Shown in pieces: positions 16,256 to 26,682 of a stretch of 35,011 nt of DNA. The stretch is from Acidimicrobiia bacterium (lineage in GTDB: Bacteria > Actinomycetota > Acidimicrobiia > Spongiisociales > UBA11373): positions 1 to 35,011 of the forward strand of contig JBBDMM010000006.1 of assembly GCA_040878325.1 (NCBI GenBank), in the 5' to 3' direction. The notes under the pieces were generated by a model. The model was not told the DNA's origin. It saw only the letters and a program-made list of their open reading frames with translations, and ran no database searches. Position 1 is the stretch's first letter. The number at the start of each line of letters is the position of its first letter. Both the position numbers and the translations under genes were made by a program.

Positions 16256-17679
16256 ACCCACACCCCTTCTGGCGGCTGCCTGCCGAAATCGAAGCACCGC
16301 GACCCGGCAGGCAGCACGGTGCCTGGATTGAATCGACGATCCCGGTCGAAGGCGTCTCGAAGTCGGGCCTGTGCATCGAGGTCGACCGCGGAGAAGACGA
16401 GGTGCATCAAGTCGCGCTTCTCCAACCCGATGCCGTGCTCGCCGGAAAGTACTCCACCGAGACGAATGGAGAGGGCGACCACCTCCTCGGCGGCCTGCTT
16501 CACCCGCTCACGCACGCCAGGGATCGACCCGTCGAAGGCGAACTTCGGATGGAGGTTGCCGTCGCCCGCGTGGATCGTGTTCAGCACCGGCAGGTCGTGT
16601 CGCTTGGCAATCGCGTAGATCTCGGTGACGGCCTCGACCAGCCGGGTGCGCGGCACCACCGTGTCGTGCAGGTAGTAGTCGGGGGCGATCTGGGCGATGG
16701 CGCCGAATGCCGACTTACGCGCCTTCCACAGCACCTCCCGCTCGGCTTCATCCCGGGCGATCCGGACCTCGGTGGCACCGTGACGCTTCGCCATGGTGAC
16801 GACCAGTTCTGCCTCTGCCTCCACCCCTTCGGGGTGCCCGGCGACCTCGGCCAGCAGCACCGCGGCGGCATCGATGGGAAGACCGGCGTGGAGGAAGTTC
16901 TCCACCGCGCGTATCAGTGGGCGGTCCATCATCTCAAGAGCGGCCGGGACCACCCCGGCGGCGATGACTCCGGAGACGGTCGCGGCGGCATCGGCGATGT
17001 CATCGAACGCCATCAGCATCGTCCGCACCGCCGGCGGGTTGGGGGTCAGTTTGACCAGCGCTCGGGTCACCACTCCCAGCGTGCCCTCGGAGCCCACCAT
17101 GACCCCACGCACGTCGAGACCCACTGGGTCGGGCCCGGGGCCACCCGCGATGAAGACGTTCCCTTCGGCGTCGACGAACTCGACCGCCAGCACGTGGCTG
17201 ACGGTGGTGCCCTCGGCCAAGCAATGGGGACCGCCGCTGTTGTTGGCGACGTTCCCCCCGATGGTGCACGCCGCCTGCGACGAAGGGTCAGGGGCGAAGT
17301 GCAGCCCAAACGGCTCGGTCAGCCGGGAGAGATCGAGGTTGATGACTCCCGGCTCTACCCACGCCGTCCGGTTATCGGTATCGACCTCTACCCCGGTCAT
17401 CCGGGTGGTGACGATCAGGACGGCGGGTTCCGACGGGACCGCCCCTCCGGAGAGGCCAGTGCCTGCGCCCCGCACGACCACAGGAATCCCGTGGGTGCCG
17501 GCGATCCGGACCACCGCCGCCACCTCCTCGGCTGACCGGGGGAACGTGATGGCGACCACCTCGCCACGGGTGACACCGGCATCCTTGGAGAAGAGCCTGC
17601 GGTCGAGCGGCTCGAATCGGACCGCCTCTGAACCCAACTCGCTGATGAGATCGACCACGAGATCGGATAAGGCGGCCAT
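16252..17679 (-). CDS. glcD: Glycolate oxidase subunit GlcD-like FAD-linked oxidase
   Basis: RGAGTGLSGG, PDPSS...CTIGGNVA, GSEGTLG, HAGDGNLHP, GEHGIG. Confidence 0.9.
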   Translation of the reverse strand: MAALSDLVVDLISELGSEAVRFEPLDRRLFSKDAGVTRGEVVAITFPRSAEEVAAVVRIAGTHGIPVVVRGAGTGLSGGAVPSEPAVLIVTTRMTGVEVDTDNRTAWVEPGVINLDLSRLTEPFGLHFAPDPSSQAACTIGGNVANNSGGPHCLAEGTTVSHVLAVEFVDAEGNVFIAGGPGPDPVGLDVRGVMVGSEGTLGVVTRALVKLTPNPPAVRTMLMAFDDIADAAATVSGVIAAGVVPAALEMMDRPLIRAVENFLHAGLPIDAAAVLLAEVAGHPEGVEAEAELVVTMAKRHGATEVRIARDEAEREVLWKARKSAFGAIAQIAPDYYLHDTVVPRTRLVEAVTEIYAIAKRHDLPVLNTIHAGDGNLHPKFAFDGSIPGVRERVKQAAEEVVALSIRLGGVLSGEHGIGLEKRDLMHLVFSAVDLDAQARLRDAFDRDRRFNPGTVLPAGSRCFDFGRQPPEGVWV

Positions 17680-17749
17680 GCGGCGAGGTTACCGACACAC
17701 CGATGCCTCGCCGGAAAGGGCGAAGGCCCGGGACTACCGTTTATGCCCA

Positions 17750-20700
17750 ATGGCATCTCTAGAAATACGCCTCCTGGGCGGATTCGAACTGGGAAGGCAG
17801 GGCCGGGTACTCGACCCCCTGGCCCTCAGGGCTGCCCGCTCGCTCTTTGCGTTCCTGGTGCTCAATCGGGAACGCCCCCACACGCGGGACCTGCTCGCCG
17901 GGACCTTCTGGCCCGACTTCGACGATTCCCGCGCCCGGCGCCGCCTCAGCCAGGCGCTGTGGCAGATCGGCACCATCATCGGGGACGAGTCGGGCGAGCG
18001 CTACCTGATCGGCACTCCGGACACCGTTCGCTTCAACCCCGCTGCCGACTTCATCCTCGATGTCGAAGTGTTCGAGCGCCGTCTCGATGAGGCTGCGCGG
18101 GCGGAATCTCGCCAGGACGAGGCCGAGGCACTCCAGGCCGCGGTCGACGTCTATCGGGGGGATTTCCTTGCCGGCTTCTACGACGATTGGCTGCTCCCCG
18201 AGCAGGACCGACTCCACAGCCGCTTCCTTGCCGCGCTCGAACGCTTGGCCGAACTCGCCCAGGCGCGCGGTGATTTCGAAGTGGCCCTCGTCATGGCTCG
18301 GCGGGTGGCCCAGGAGGACGAGTTCGACGAGGAATCCCACCGACGGGTCATGCGGCTGGCGGTTCTCCTCGGCCGGCACAACGAGGCGATACGGCAGTTC
18401 GAAGAGTGCCGACGCATCCTCGCGGAGGAACTCGGAAGTTCGCCGTCGCCCGAGACCCTCGAACTGTATGAAGCGACTTTGGCGGATCGCGAGACCGGCG
18501 GGCGCCCCCTGCCCGCCCATGACGAATCACCGCTCTTCGACGAGACCGACCACACCCCTTTCGTCGGGCGCGATTCCGAGCGTTCGCGGCTCGCCCAGCG
18601 ACTCGACGAGGTACTGGACGGCAAGGGCGGGCTGGTGCTGGTGGAGGGAGAGTCGGGAGTCGGCAAGACCCGCTTGCTCGCCGAAGTGGTCACCGACGCC
18701 GGATGGCGGGGGATGGACGTCCTCTGGGGACGCTCGGCTCCCAGCGGTGGCCGACCATTCGCCCCGCTCTCGGAGGCATTGAATGGGGTGACCGGGCTCC
18801 GGCTGCGGCAGCTGGCAAGCAGGCTGCCGCCGATCTGGGCCGAGACTCTCGCCCCCCTGGTGCCGGCCATTGGGACCTCGGCTCCCTCCGTCGAGCCCGA
18901 AGGGGCAGTCCGACGGGCCGACGAGCAGGCCCGAATGCGCGAGGCGATCACCGAGGCCTTCCGCGCCCTGGCCTCCCTCAGCCCGACGCTGGTTGTGCTG
19001 GAAGATGTCCACTGGGCAGACGACGACACGATCCAGGCCCTCACTCACATCGCCGGCCGCATCGCCTCGGACCGCATTCTCTTCGCCGTCTCCTACCGGC
19101 ACGGCGAAGCCCGGGAACGAACGGATGTCTGGGATCTCCTCCGATCCCTCGACCGGATGCCTCACTGCGAGCGCGTTTCGCTGGCCCCGCTGTCTCCCGC
19201 CCAAACCGAGGAACTCATTCGGCACAGCCTGGGCCGGGCGGAGGTGAGCGGCGACTTTTCGGAGAGTCTCCATCGCGATACCGGGGGCATCCCTCTGTTC
19301 ATCGTCGAGACCCTGCGCGCCCTCTACGAGCGCGATGCTCTCGATGAGGCCGAAGCTCCCACAGAGGCCCAGCCTCCCACCAGGGACCGGATCCCGGTCA
19401 CTCCGCGGGTCCACACCCTCATCCGCCACCGTCTCGACAGTCTCGACCCGCTTTCGCGACGCACGCTGGAGTTGGTCGCCGCCCACGACGGGGTACTGCT
19501 GCTGGAGGAGATCGTCGACGCCTCCGACCTCGATGACGACGCCACACTCGCCTCGGTCGACGATCTCGTCCGAAGGCGATTCCTCTCGGGCCGAGGCCGC
19601 GACTACTCCCTGGGCCACGAACTCATGCGCCGCGTCGTATACGACGACTTGCCGTTGTCGCGGCGTCTGGACGTGCACCGGCGGGTGGCGACGGGGATCG
19701 AGGCCCACAGGCCCGAGGAGGTGGAGGTACTCGCTCACCACTTCACCACCGCGCGGATGCCCGATCGGGCGGCTGAGTACCTCGACCGCGCTGCCCGGCG
19801 GGCGTTGGCCGTGCATGCCTACGACACCGCCGCCCTTCACCTCGACCGGGCCTCGCTCGCCCTCGACGAGATCGGTGCCCCCAACGAACGCCGCTTTGCC
19901 GTAGCGGCCCTCTACGAGGAAGTCCTCGACGTGATGGGACGGCGAGCCGAGCAGGAGGAGGCCCTGCGGCGGCTCGACCGCTTTGCATCACCCGAGCAAC
20001 GCGGTTTGGTCCACCGGCGGCGCGCATGGTGGCTCTCGCATCAGGATCGCTTCCCCGAAGCGGAACAGGAAGCCCGTTTCGCTCTAACGGCGGCGAAAAG
20101 TGCAAACGACGGCGGCCAGATCGTGTCGGCCCTCACCACGCTCGGAATGATCGCCTGCTTCGGTGGTCGCGCTGCGGAGGGCGTTCAGTTCCTCGAGGAA
20201 GCCGCAGGCTTCCGCGGGACCGATCGCCGGCAGGAAGCCGATGCGCGCAATGCGCTCGGCCAGAACCTCATCGATCTCCAAAGGTTCGGAGAGGCCGAAT
20301 CGCAGCTCCTCGCCGCGCTCGCCCTCTACGGGGAGTTGGGAGACCGACGGGGTCAGGCGGAGGTCTTGGGCATGCTCGGAACGCTTCGCATGGAACGCGG
20401 GGAGCCCGAGGCAGCCGAGAGCGATTTCGTGAAGGCCATCGAAATCTCGAAGACGATCGGTTACCGCCATGGTGAGGCCGTCTATGAGATGAACCTCGGC
20501 ATCCTCTACGTGATCACCAATCGGCTCGGCTCCGCCCTCGACTCGTTCGAGTCGGCAGCGAACACCTACGAGTCGATGGGCAACCGGCGCGGACGAGCAC
20601 TCGTGCAATCGAACGCGGCATGGATGCGTCACAGTCGACTGGGTGAGGACGATCGGGCCCGCGACAGCATCGACCAGGCGCTTGAGGTCTACAGGGAGAT

Positions 20701-21586
20701 TGGGGACCTTAGAGGTGAGGCTCAATGCCTCGGCATGATGGGCAGCATCGAAGCAAGGGCCGGGGCGACCGAAGCTGCCTGGAAACTCTTCGAATCAGCG
20801 GTCGAACAGGCCGAGGAAGTCCAGGATAAGTGGCTTGCGGCTCAAATCCTGCGCGAATACGCAAGCTCAAAACTAGCCGCCGGCCAGTCTGAATCGGCCC
20901 TGGACCATGCGCGTCGTGCAGAAAGAATCTGTCGCGAGATCGGCATGGACGACCTACTGATTGGAGTGCTTGGCCTTCAGGGCCGCATCCTGTTGGACCT
21001 TGGCCGAATTGAAGAGGCGTACAAGGTGACCGAAGCTGCAACGTCGGCCATGAGGCCCGGAATTGAACTAGCTCATCTCATCCACCACGCCCACGGCCTC
21101 GCGCTCCATTCGGTCGGTGAGCATGCTCGAAGCCAACGTGAGTTCGAGCGGGCGTATGAAGTGTTGATGGAGATCGTATCCGACCTCACCCCGGAGGATC
21201 GGCAACTCGCACTTGAGACGGTGCCCGAACACGGGATGATCGTGGAGTGGTGGCTATCGAAGCGCCCCATCGTCGAACAGTTTGCTATCGCTTCGGCAGA
21301 AGCACCCACGGGTCGGCCCCTCCGCGCCGACGAATTCGTCGACGTGGATTGGACGGTCAGTGAGCCGGGCGACCAGGACATTCCGGACAAAGTTGAGCGG
21401 CGCCACCACCGCATCCACCGGTTGCTGGCAGAGGCGGCCGACCGGGGCGCCGCGCCGACGGTCGGGGACCTGGCGAAAGCACTTTCCACCAGCGAGGCCA
21501 CGATCCGACGGGACCTGGTGGCGATACGGAGTTCAGGCGCCACCATCGCCACCCGCGGTAGTCGAAACAATGCTTTGAGCACTTGA
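17750..21586 (+). CDS. Large SARP/BTAD-AAA(STAND)-TPR transcriptional regulator with C-terminal HTH (DUF1670-like), 1278 aa
   Basis: LEIRLLGGF wHTH, BTAD (YRGDFL..F..DW), FVGR, Walker A GESGVGKT, Walker B LEDVHWAD, GGIPLF, TPRs, C-terminal DLAKALSTSEATIRRDL. Confidence 0.9.
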   Translation: MASLEIRLLGGFELGRQGRVLDPLALRAARSLFAFLVLNRERPHTRDLLAGTFWPDFDDSRARRRLSQALWQIGTIIGDESGERYLIGTPDTVRFNPAADFILDVEVFERRLDEAARAESRQDEAEALQAAVDVYRGDFLAGFYDDWLLPEQDRLHSRFLAALERLAELAQARGDFEVALVMARRVAQEDEFDEESHRRVMRLAVLLGRHNEAIRQFEECRRILAEELGSSPSPETLELYEATLADRETGGRPLPAHDESPLFDETDHTPFVGRDSERSRLAQRLDEVLDGKGGLVLVEGESGVGKTRLLAEVVTDAGWRGMDVLWGRSAPSGGRPFAPLSEALNGVTGLRLRQLASRLPPIWAETLAPLVPAIGTSAPSVEPEGAVRRADEQARMREAITEAFRALASLSPTLVVLEDVHWADDDTIQALTHIAGRIASDRILFAVSYRHGEARERTDVWDLLRSLDRMPHCERVSLAPLSPAQTEELIRHSLGRAEVSGDFSESLHRDTGGIPLFIVETLRALYERDALDEAEAPTEAQPPTRDRIPVTPRVHTLIRHRLDSLDPLSRRTLELVAAHDGVLLLEEIVDASDLDDDATLASVDDLVRRRFLSGRGRDYSLGHELMRRVVYDDLPLSRRLDVHRRVATGIEAHRPEEVEVLAHHFTTARMPDRAAEYLDRAARRALAVHAYDTAALHLDRASLALDEIGAPNERRFAVAALYEEVLDVMGRRAEQEEALRRLDRFASPEQRGLVHRRRAWWLSHQDRFPEAEQEARFALTAAKSANDGGQIVSALTTLGMIACFGGRAAEGVQFLEEAAGFRGTDRRQEADARNALGQNLIDLQRFGEAESQLLAALALYGELGDRRGQAEVLGMLGTLRMERGEPEAAESDFVKAIEISKTIGYRHGEAVYEMNLGILYVITNRLGSALDSFESAANTYESMGNRRGRALVQSNAAWMRHSRLGEDDRARDSIDQALEVYREIGDLRGEAQCLGMMGSIEARAGATEAAWKLFESAVEQAEEVQDKWLAAQILREYASSKLAAGQSESALDHARRAERICREIGMDDLLIGVLGLQGRILLDLGRIEEAYKVTEAATSAMRPGIELAHLIHHAHGLALHSVGEHARSQREFERAYEVLMEIVSDLTPEDRQLALETVPEHGMIVEWWLSKRPIVEQFAIASAEAPTGRPLRADEFVDVDWTVSEPGDQDIPDKVERRHHRIHRLLAEAADRGAAPTVGDLAKALSTSEATIRRDLVAIRSSGATIATRGSRNNALST

Positions 21587-21605
21587 GCGCGGAGTCGCTG
21601 GTCCA

Positions 21606-21851
21606 CTAGCCGATCGGCTTTAGATACGGCCGAGAGATGCCGAATTCATCCTCCTGACTACGCACTCGTTGCAGGAGGACAAATCGATGCGCAAGCGTCT
21701 CGCAGTTCTGGCATTGACCGTTGGCACATTCATGGCACTTTGGGCTCAGCCCGCTCTGGCCATTCTTCGCCCTGGCCACCCATAACTCGAAGAATTCCGT
21801 CGCCCCTCTGGGGCAGGCGGCTAGCCGCGACGGAGGGTGAATCCAGAGCAC
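21606..21851 (-). CDS. Possible small CxxC-x4-CxxC protein
   Basis: 81-aa ORF with CHECANGQCQNC that fills the gap between convergent genes; no clear SD. Confidence 0.3.
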   Translation of the reverse strand: MLWIHPPSRLAACPRGATEFFELWVARAKNGQSGLSPKCHECANGQCQNCETLAHRFVLLQRVRSQEDEFGISRPYLKPIG

Positions 21852-21909
21852 CCGAGTCGTGACAACCTAGGCCGGGACGTACGCCCAACGGGGACTCCGG
21901 CCACCCCAA

Positions 21910-21943
21910 ATGGATGATCCCCGGCTTGCCGGGGATCATCCAT
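21910..21943. terminator. Perfect hairpin at the end of the hydantoinase B gene
   Basis: ATGGATGATCCCCGG-cttg-CCGGGGATCATCCAT overlapping the stop codon. Confidence 0.6.
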
Positions 21944-23489
21944 GTCCGGGTGTGCCCCAGCCTCCACCCCCGGGCGTCAAGACCCGCACCCGATCGCCGG
22001 ACTCGACGTCGAGTGTCACCTTGCCGGGAAGGCGATCCGTGCCACCACCTCGACGCAGTAGCCAGTCCTCACCGGTTGCCCCCGGCTCACCACCAGCAAG
22101 GCCCCACGGTCGGTTCCGCCGCCGCTCGCCGATTAGCGACAAGGTGGCCGGCTCGCGGAACTCGATCTCGCGCACGATGCCCTCGCCCCCCCGATGACGA
22201 CCGTCTCCACCCGAGCCGCGGCGGAGGCCGGTCGCGGTGACCCGGAACGGATAGTGCGTCTCGAGTGCCTCGATCGGGGTGTTCCTCGTGTTCGTCATCC
22301 CGGTGTGGATTCCCGACTGCCCCGCCCGAAACGGAGGGGCCCCTTCGCCACCGGCCACCGTCTCGTAATACACGGTGCCGCCACTGCCGATGAGGATGTT
22401 GTTCATGGTGCCTTGCGACGCCGCCGGCACGCGGTGTGGCGCCGCCTGCGCCAGCGCACCCAGCAGCACGTCGGCGATGCGCTGGCTCGTCTCCACGTTG
22501 CCCGCCGCGACGGCAACCGGCGGCAAGGCCCCGACCAGGCTCCCGGGCTCGACGATCAGATCGAGCGGTCGATAGCACCCTCCGTTCGCAGGAATCGTCG
22601 GGTCGGTGGCCACCCGGACCGCGTAGTAGAGGCACGACCGGGTGACCGCCTCGACGGCGTTGATGTTCCCCTCGATCTGGGCGTCGGTGCCGCTGAAGTC
22701 GGCGACCAGGCGATCGGCGTCGATGCCGACGGTCACCCGGATCACGATGTCCTCGTCACCCCATTCCATGAGGTCCTCGAACGAGTACGACCCGTCGCGC
22801 AGATCTCGGAGGGCGGCGCGCATCCGGCCTTCGCCATACCCCAGGAGATCCGCCGTCACCCTGTCGAACGTCTGTCGGTAATGACCCGCGGCCTCCAGCA
22901 GCCGGATCGCCCCTGCCTCGTTGGCGCCGAGTTGCGCCCACAGGTCGCCCAGCCGCTCGTCGGGTGTCCGCGTGGCACCTAGAAATCCGCTGAGGAAACC
23001 GTCGTCCCAGGCACCGTCGACATAAGCAACGGTTGGTGGCACGACGTGGCCCTCCTGCTCGAGCCGGGTGGCGGTCGCCGGCATCGAGCCGGGGGCGTCG
23101 CCACCGACGTCGGCGTGATGGGCACGATTGGCCACCCAACCAATAAGCCGACCATCTCGATGGACCGGCCTCACGAGGGTCAGGTCGTTGAGGTGGGTGC
23201 CGCCATGGAAGGGATCGTTCACCGCAAACTGCAGACCCGGGTCGGGATCCAGACCAAACGCCTCGATCACCGCGGCCACAGATGCCGGCATCGAACCCAG
23301 GTGCACGGGAATGTGTTCGGCCTGGGCGAGCATCTCTCCGTCAGCCACGAAGGTCGCTGCCGAGCAATCGGCCCTCTCTTTGATGTTCGGCGAATAGGCG
23401 GTGCGCCGCAGCACGGCGCCCATCTCGTCGGCGACGGATGCGAAGCGGTTCCTCGCCACCTCGAGCGTCACCGCGTCGGTCGTCACCAT
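21936..23489 (-). CDS. Hydantoinase B / 5-oxoprolinase family protein
   Basis: RTAYSPNIKERADCS, HIPVHLGSM, NDPFHGGTHLND, HHADVGG, TPGGGGWG. Confidence 0.93.
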   Translation of the reverse strand: MVTTDAVTLEVARNRFASVADEMGAVLRRTAYSPNIKERADCSAATFVADGEMLAQAEHIPVHLGSMPASVAAVIEAFGLDPDPGLQFAVNDPFHGGTHLNDLTLVRPVHRDGRLIGWVANRAHHADVGGDAPGSMPATATRLEQEGHVVPPTVAYVDGAWDDGFLSGFLGATRTPDERLGDLWAQLGANEAGAIRLLEAAGHYRQTFDRVTADLLGYGEGRMRAALRDLRDGSYSFEDLMEWGDEDIVIRVTVGIDADRLVADFSGTDAQIEGNINAVEAVTRSCLYYAVRVATDPTIPANGGCYRPLDLIVEPGSLVGALPPVAVAAGNVETSQRIADVLLGALAQAAPHRVPAASQGTMNNILIGSGGTVYYETVAGGEGAPPFRAGQSGIHTGMTNTRNTPIEALETHYPFRVTATGLRRGSGGDGRHRGGEGIVREIEFREPATLSLIGERRRNRPWGLAGGEPGATGEDWLLRRGGGTDRLPGKVTLDVESGDRVRVLTPGGGGWGTPGHG

Positions 23490-25438
23490 GACAGCTCCAA
23501 AGCACCCGACTCATGGACGACCACGCGTTCCCCGACCCTGACGAAAGTGGTCGCCTCGGACTCCTCGATCACGGCCGGTCCAATGATCTCTGACCCCGGG
23601 GCCAACGACGGCCGCCACCACACCGAGGCGATCACTTCGCCGGCATCGGTCAAAACCTGTCGTGTTCCCCGGGCCGGATCCCCAGGCTCCACGCGATGAG
23701 GGACCTCAGCCCAAGTGAGCGCTGGGTTTCCGGTCGCCTCGGCCCGGATCGTCACCAACTCGATGGGATCGTCGGGGTGGGCGAAGCCGTTGCGCTGCAG
23801 GTGGGCTTCATGGAATCGCTGCGAAAGGATGTCCCACCCCTCGCCGGAACGGTACGGCACGGACGTCTCGTGTGACTGGCCCCGGTAGCGCACGTCCATC
23901 ACGAGATCGACCGTCGTGGCATCCGGCATTGCTCGGACCGCCTCACTCGTGACGGCGCGCGTTGGCCCTTCCAGGTCTGCCCCGCCTTGCAGGAGCACGC
24001 TCCGAGCCGCATCAGCGCGGGGCGGGGCGAGCAACATGCCGAACGCCGAGAACACACCGGCGTGAGCAGGGATGATCACGCTCGCCATCCCGAGCCGCCG
24101 GGCCAGCGCCGAGGCATGAAGCCCGCCGGCGCCACCAAAAGCCACCAGCACCGACCCGCGGGGATCGACACCCTGTTCCACGGAGACCGAGCGGATGGCC
24201 CTCTCCATGTGCGATTCGACCACCGCCACCACCCCCAACGCGGTGTCCGCCACCCCGAGACCGACAGAATCTCCGAGTCGCCGTAACGCCGACCCGGCGG
24301 CGCGGGAGTCGAGGCGAAGGCTGCCTCCGAGTTGAACATCCGCCCCGATCATGCCGAGCACCAGGTCGGCGTCGGTGACCGCGGCTTCGAGGCCGCCACG
24401 GCCATACGACGCGGGACCAGGCTCCGCGCCGGCGCTCCTGGGTCCGACCCGGAGTGCGCCACCCGGATCGGCCCATCCAACGCTTCCCCCGCCCGCGCCG
24501 ACGGTGTGGATCGCCACCGAAGGCATCCGGCACGGCATCCCATCGATCGACCGCTCATAACCGACCTCAGGGCGTCCGTTCTCGATCCGGCAGACATCGG
24601 TGGAGGTGCCGCCCATGTCGAATGAAACGACGGTATTCCTGCCGAGCGCCGTCCCCAGCGCGCCAGCGGCAACTGCGCCGCCCGCCGGGCCCGAGAGGAT
24701 GATCGAGGCGGGCAGCGCCGCCGCCGCCTCGAGGGAAATCAGCCCGCCCGAGCTCCTCATCACCGAAGGCGACCCGATGACACCGACCGCGCCGACCACT
24801 TCCCCGAGCCGTCTGAGGTAGTCGGCCACGACCGGAGTCAGGTAGGCGTTGAGGAGGGTCGTCGACGCCCGCTCGAACTCACGAAACTCGGCAACCACTT
24901 GACTCGACAGAGACACCGGCACGCCGGGCAGCCTGGCGTGGAGAGCCCGCGCCACCGTCGCCTCGCGGTCGCGGTGAGCGAACGAGTACAAGAGCGATAC
25001 CGCAACCGCCTCGGGCGCTGCTGCGGCGACCGCGTCGCAGAGCCGCGCCAGGTCATCCGCGCCAACGGTTCCCGGGTCGTCGGGCCACCCCCGGCCACCG
25101 AACCCGAAGCGGAGCTCAGGCGTTGCGATCGGTTCGGGACGCACCCGAGTGATGTCGTAGAGGGACGGTCGGTCCTGGCGCCCGATCTCGATGAGATCTT
25201 CGAAGCCGGCATCCGTGACCAGCGCGGTTTTTGCCCCCCGCCGTTGGAGCACCGCGTTGGTTGCCGCGGTCGTTCCGTGGACGAGTCGTGTTCCATCCGA
25301 GGCAAAACGGTCCAGTGCCTCCACAACCCCCGCGCTCTGATCGGGGGTCGTCGGCACCTTGCCGGTGGTGAGGTCAGTGCCGTTCCACACCACGATGTCG
25401 GTGAATGTTCCGCCCACATCGATGGCGGCGTGCATCAT
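23483..25438 (-). CDS. Hydantoinase A / 5-oxoprolinase family protein
   Basis: DVGGTFTD, HGTTAATNA, SGPAGG, DMGGTSTD, GAGGGS, FGGAGGLH. Confidence 0.93.
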   Translation of the reverse strand: MMHAAIDVGGTFTDIVVWNGTDLTTGKVPTTPDQSAGVVEALDRFASDGTRLVHGTTAATNAVLQRRGAKTALVTDAGFEDLIEIGRQDRPSLYDITRVRPEPIATPELRFGFGGRGWPDDPGTVGADDLARLCDAVAAAAPEAVAVSLLYSFAHRDREATVARALHARLPGVPVSLSSQVVAEFREFERASTTLLNAYLTPVVADYLRRLGEVVGAVGVIGSPSVMRSSGGLISLEAAAALPASIILSGPAGGAVAAGALGTALGRNTVVSFDMGGTSTDVCRIENGRPEVGYERSIDGMPCRMPSVAIHTVGAGGGSVGWADPGGALRVGPRSAGAEPGPASYGRGGLEAAVTDADLVLGMIGADVQLGGSLRLDSRAAGSALRRLGDSVGLGVADTALGVVAVVESHMERAIRSVSVEQGVDPRGSVLVAFGGAGGLHASALARRLGMASVIIPAHAGVFSAFGMLLAPPRADAARSVLLQGGADLEGPTRAVTSEAVRAMPDATTVDLVMDVRYRGQSHETSVPYRSGEGWDILSQRFHEAHLQRNGFAHPDDPIELVTIRAEATGNPALTWAEVPHRVEPGDPARGTRQVLTDAGEVIASVWWRPSLAPGSEIIGPAVIEESEATTFVRVGERVVVHESGALELSW

Positions 25439-25503
25439 GCGCTCCCGGAGTTCAGGCCCGGCTCCCCAACTATCGTGCCAGTGCGCACGACCCCGGAGTT
25501 GCC

Positions 25504-25758
25504 ATGCCTGTAAGCGTCAGCCAGACCCCCAATCCCAACGCGTTGAAGTTCACGGTGGGCGCCGACTTTCCGTCTCCCAAGAGTTTCGCCGCCGGGCAGG
25601 CGACCGATGACCCGGTGGCGGCGCCGATCATCGCCATCCCCGGAGTGACCAGCGTGTTCATGTCCGCCGACTTCGTGACGGTGAGCAAGTCTCCCGACGC
25701 GTACTGGGACGAGATCGCTCCAGCGGTGAGCGAGATCCTCGAAGCGCACTACGGCTGA
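25504..25758 (+). CDS. NifU N-terminal (Nfu_N) domain protein
   Basis: TPNPNALKF, IPGVTSVF..DFVTVSK...W. Confidence 0.9.
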   Translation: MPVSVSQTPNPNALKFTVGADFPSPKSFAAGQATDDPVAAPIIAIPGVTSVFMSADFVTVSKSPDAYWDEIAPAVSEILEAHYG

Positions 25759-25836
25759 GCCGAACACCAGAGCGAGGGTAGGGTGGCGTCGCTGCGCTCC
25801 GCCCGCAATTCGCAATTCGCAATCCGCTGGTTGCCA

Positions 25837-26682
25837 TCAGCCCTCGATGGACACGGCCATGGGCCAGCGGTTGCCGACTGCGTCGGCGACGGTGATCACC
25901 ACTCGCCAACCGTCGACGGTTTCGTGGGAGGACACCACCCTCGGTTCCGATCCCCACAGCGAGGCTGCCTCGACGGCTTCGTCCACGACGGCTCGGGGTG
26001 CCTCGACGCCCCCCTCGGGCCACGGGTCCGGTTCCGGGCCGGCGGGTAGCCGGGCGGGAGCAGGAAGATCGAGAACGGTGGTGCCCCCTTCCTCCGACAC
26101 GGCCACCAGCACTTCGACAGCCCGCACCGGCTGGCGGGAGAACCCTCGATCCGGTGGGGCGCCGAGCATCCGGAACGCCACCGCCACCCGATAGGTCCCG
26201 TCGCCGGCCTCCTCCACATTGAAAGCCCGAGCCCATTCGACATAGGAGATCCCCTCGCCATCGTCCTGCGGGAACGGCGGCAATGGCCCCGCCGGCAGAG
26301 CCGCCCGCACATCGGCCGACCCGTTTGGCTCGAAATCAGAAGTGAAGTAGTCAGTGACAAACCACTCCGCCCGGGCAATAGCCGCCCGTGCGTCGGGGTC
26401 GGGAGGGTCGGCCATGAGATCGGCCTCCGAATACAGCGGAAGCTCGGGTATCTCGGGAAGCGAGGTGACGGCGGCCTCTCCGGCCACCACCGTCGTACCG
26501 GGCACGACGGTTACGGGAACGCTTGCCGGCGCCCACCACGATCGAGCGACCAGGATCCCGAGAACCATCGATCCGAGAGCCCCCGCCACCAGGTAGAGGC
26601 TCCGGCGTCTCCGATCTTCGGGTTCGGCCGCTGCCATCAGGTCGGCCCACGGCACATGCTCCAACTCTTCTCTCTCGGGCAT
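25837..26682 (-). CDS. Hypothetical single-TM protein (weak TcpC-like resemblance)
   Basis: TM at aa ~29-48, Pro-rich linker, AEWFVTDYFT, SYVEWARA. Confidence 0.75.
   Translation of the reverse strand: MPEREELEHVPWADLMAAAEPEDRRRRSLYLVAGALGSMVLGILVARSWWAPASVPVTVVPGTTVVAGEAAVTSLPEIPELPLYSEADLMADPPDPDARAAIARAEWFVTDYFTSDFEPNGSADVRAALPAGPLPPFPQDDGEGISYVEWARAFNVEEAGDGTYRVAVAFRMLGAPPDRGFSRQPVRAVEVLVAVSEEGGTTVLDLPAPARLPAGPEPDPWPEGGVEAPRAVVDEAVEAASLWGSEPRVVSSHETVDGWRVVITVADAVGNRWPMAVSIEG

Noticed and set aside
16793..17749. N-terminal 319 aa of the 1597-aa ORF
   Set aside because: Antisense shadow of glcD; the recognisable protein starts at ATG 17750
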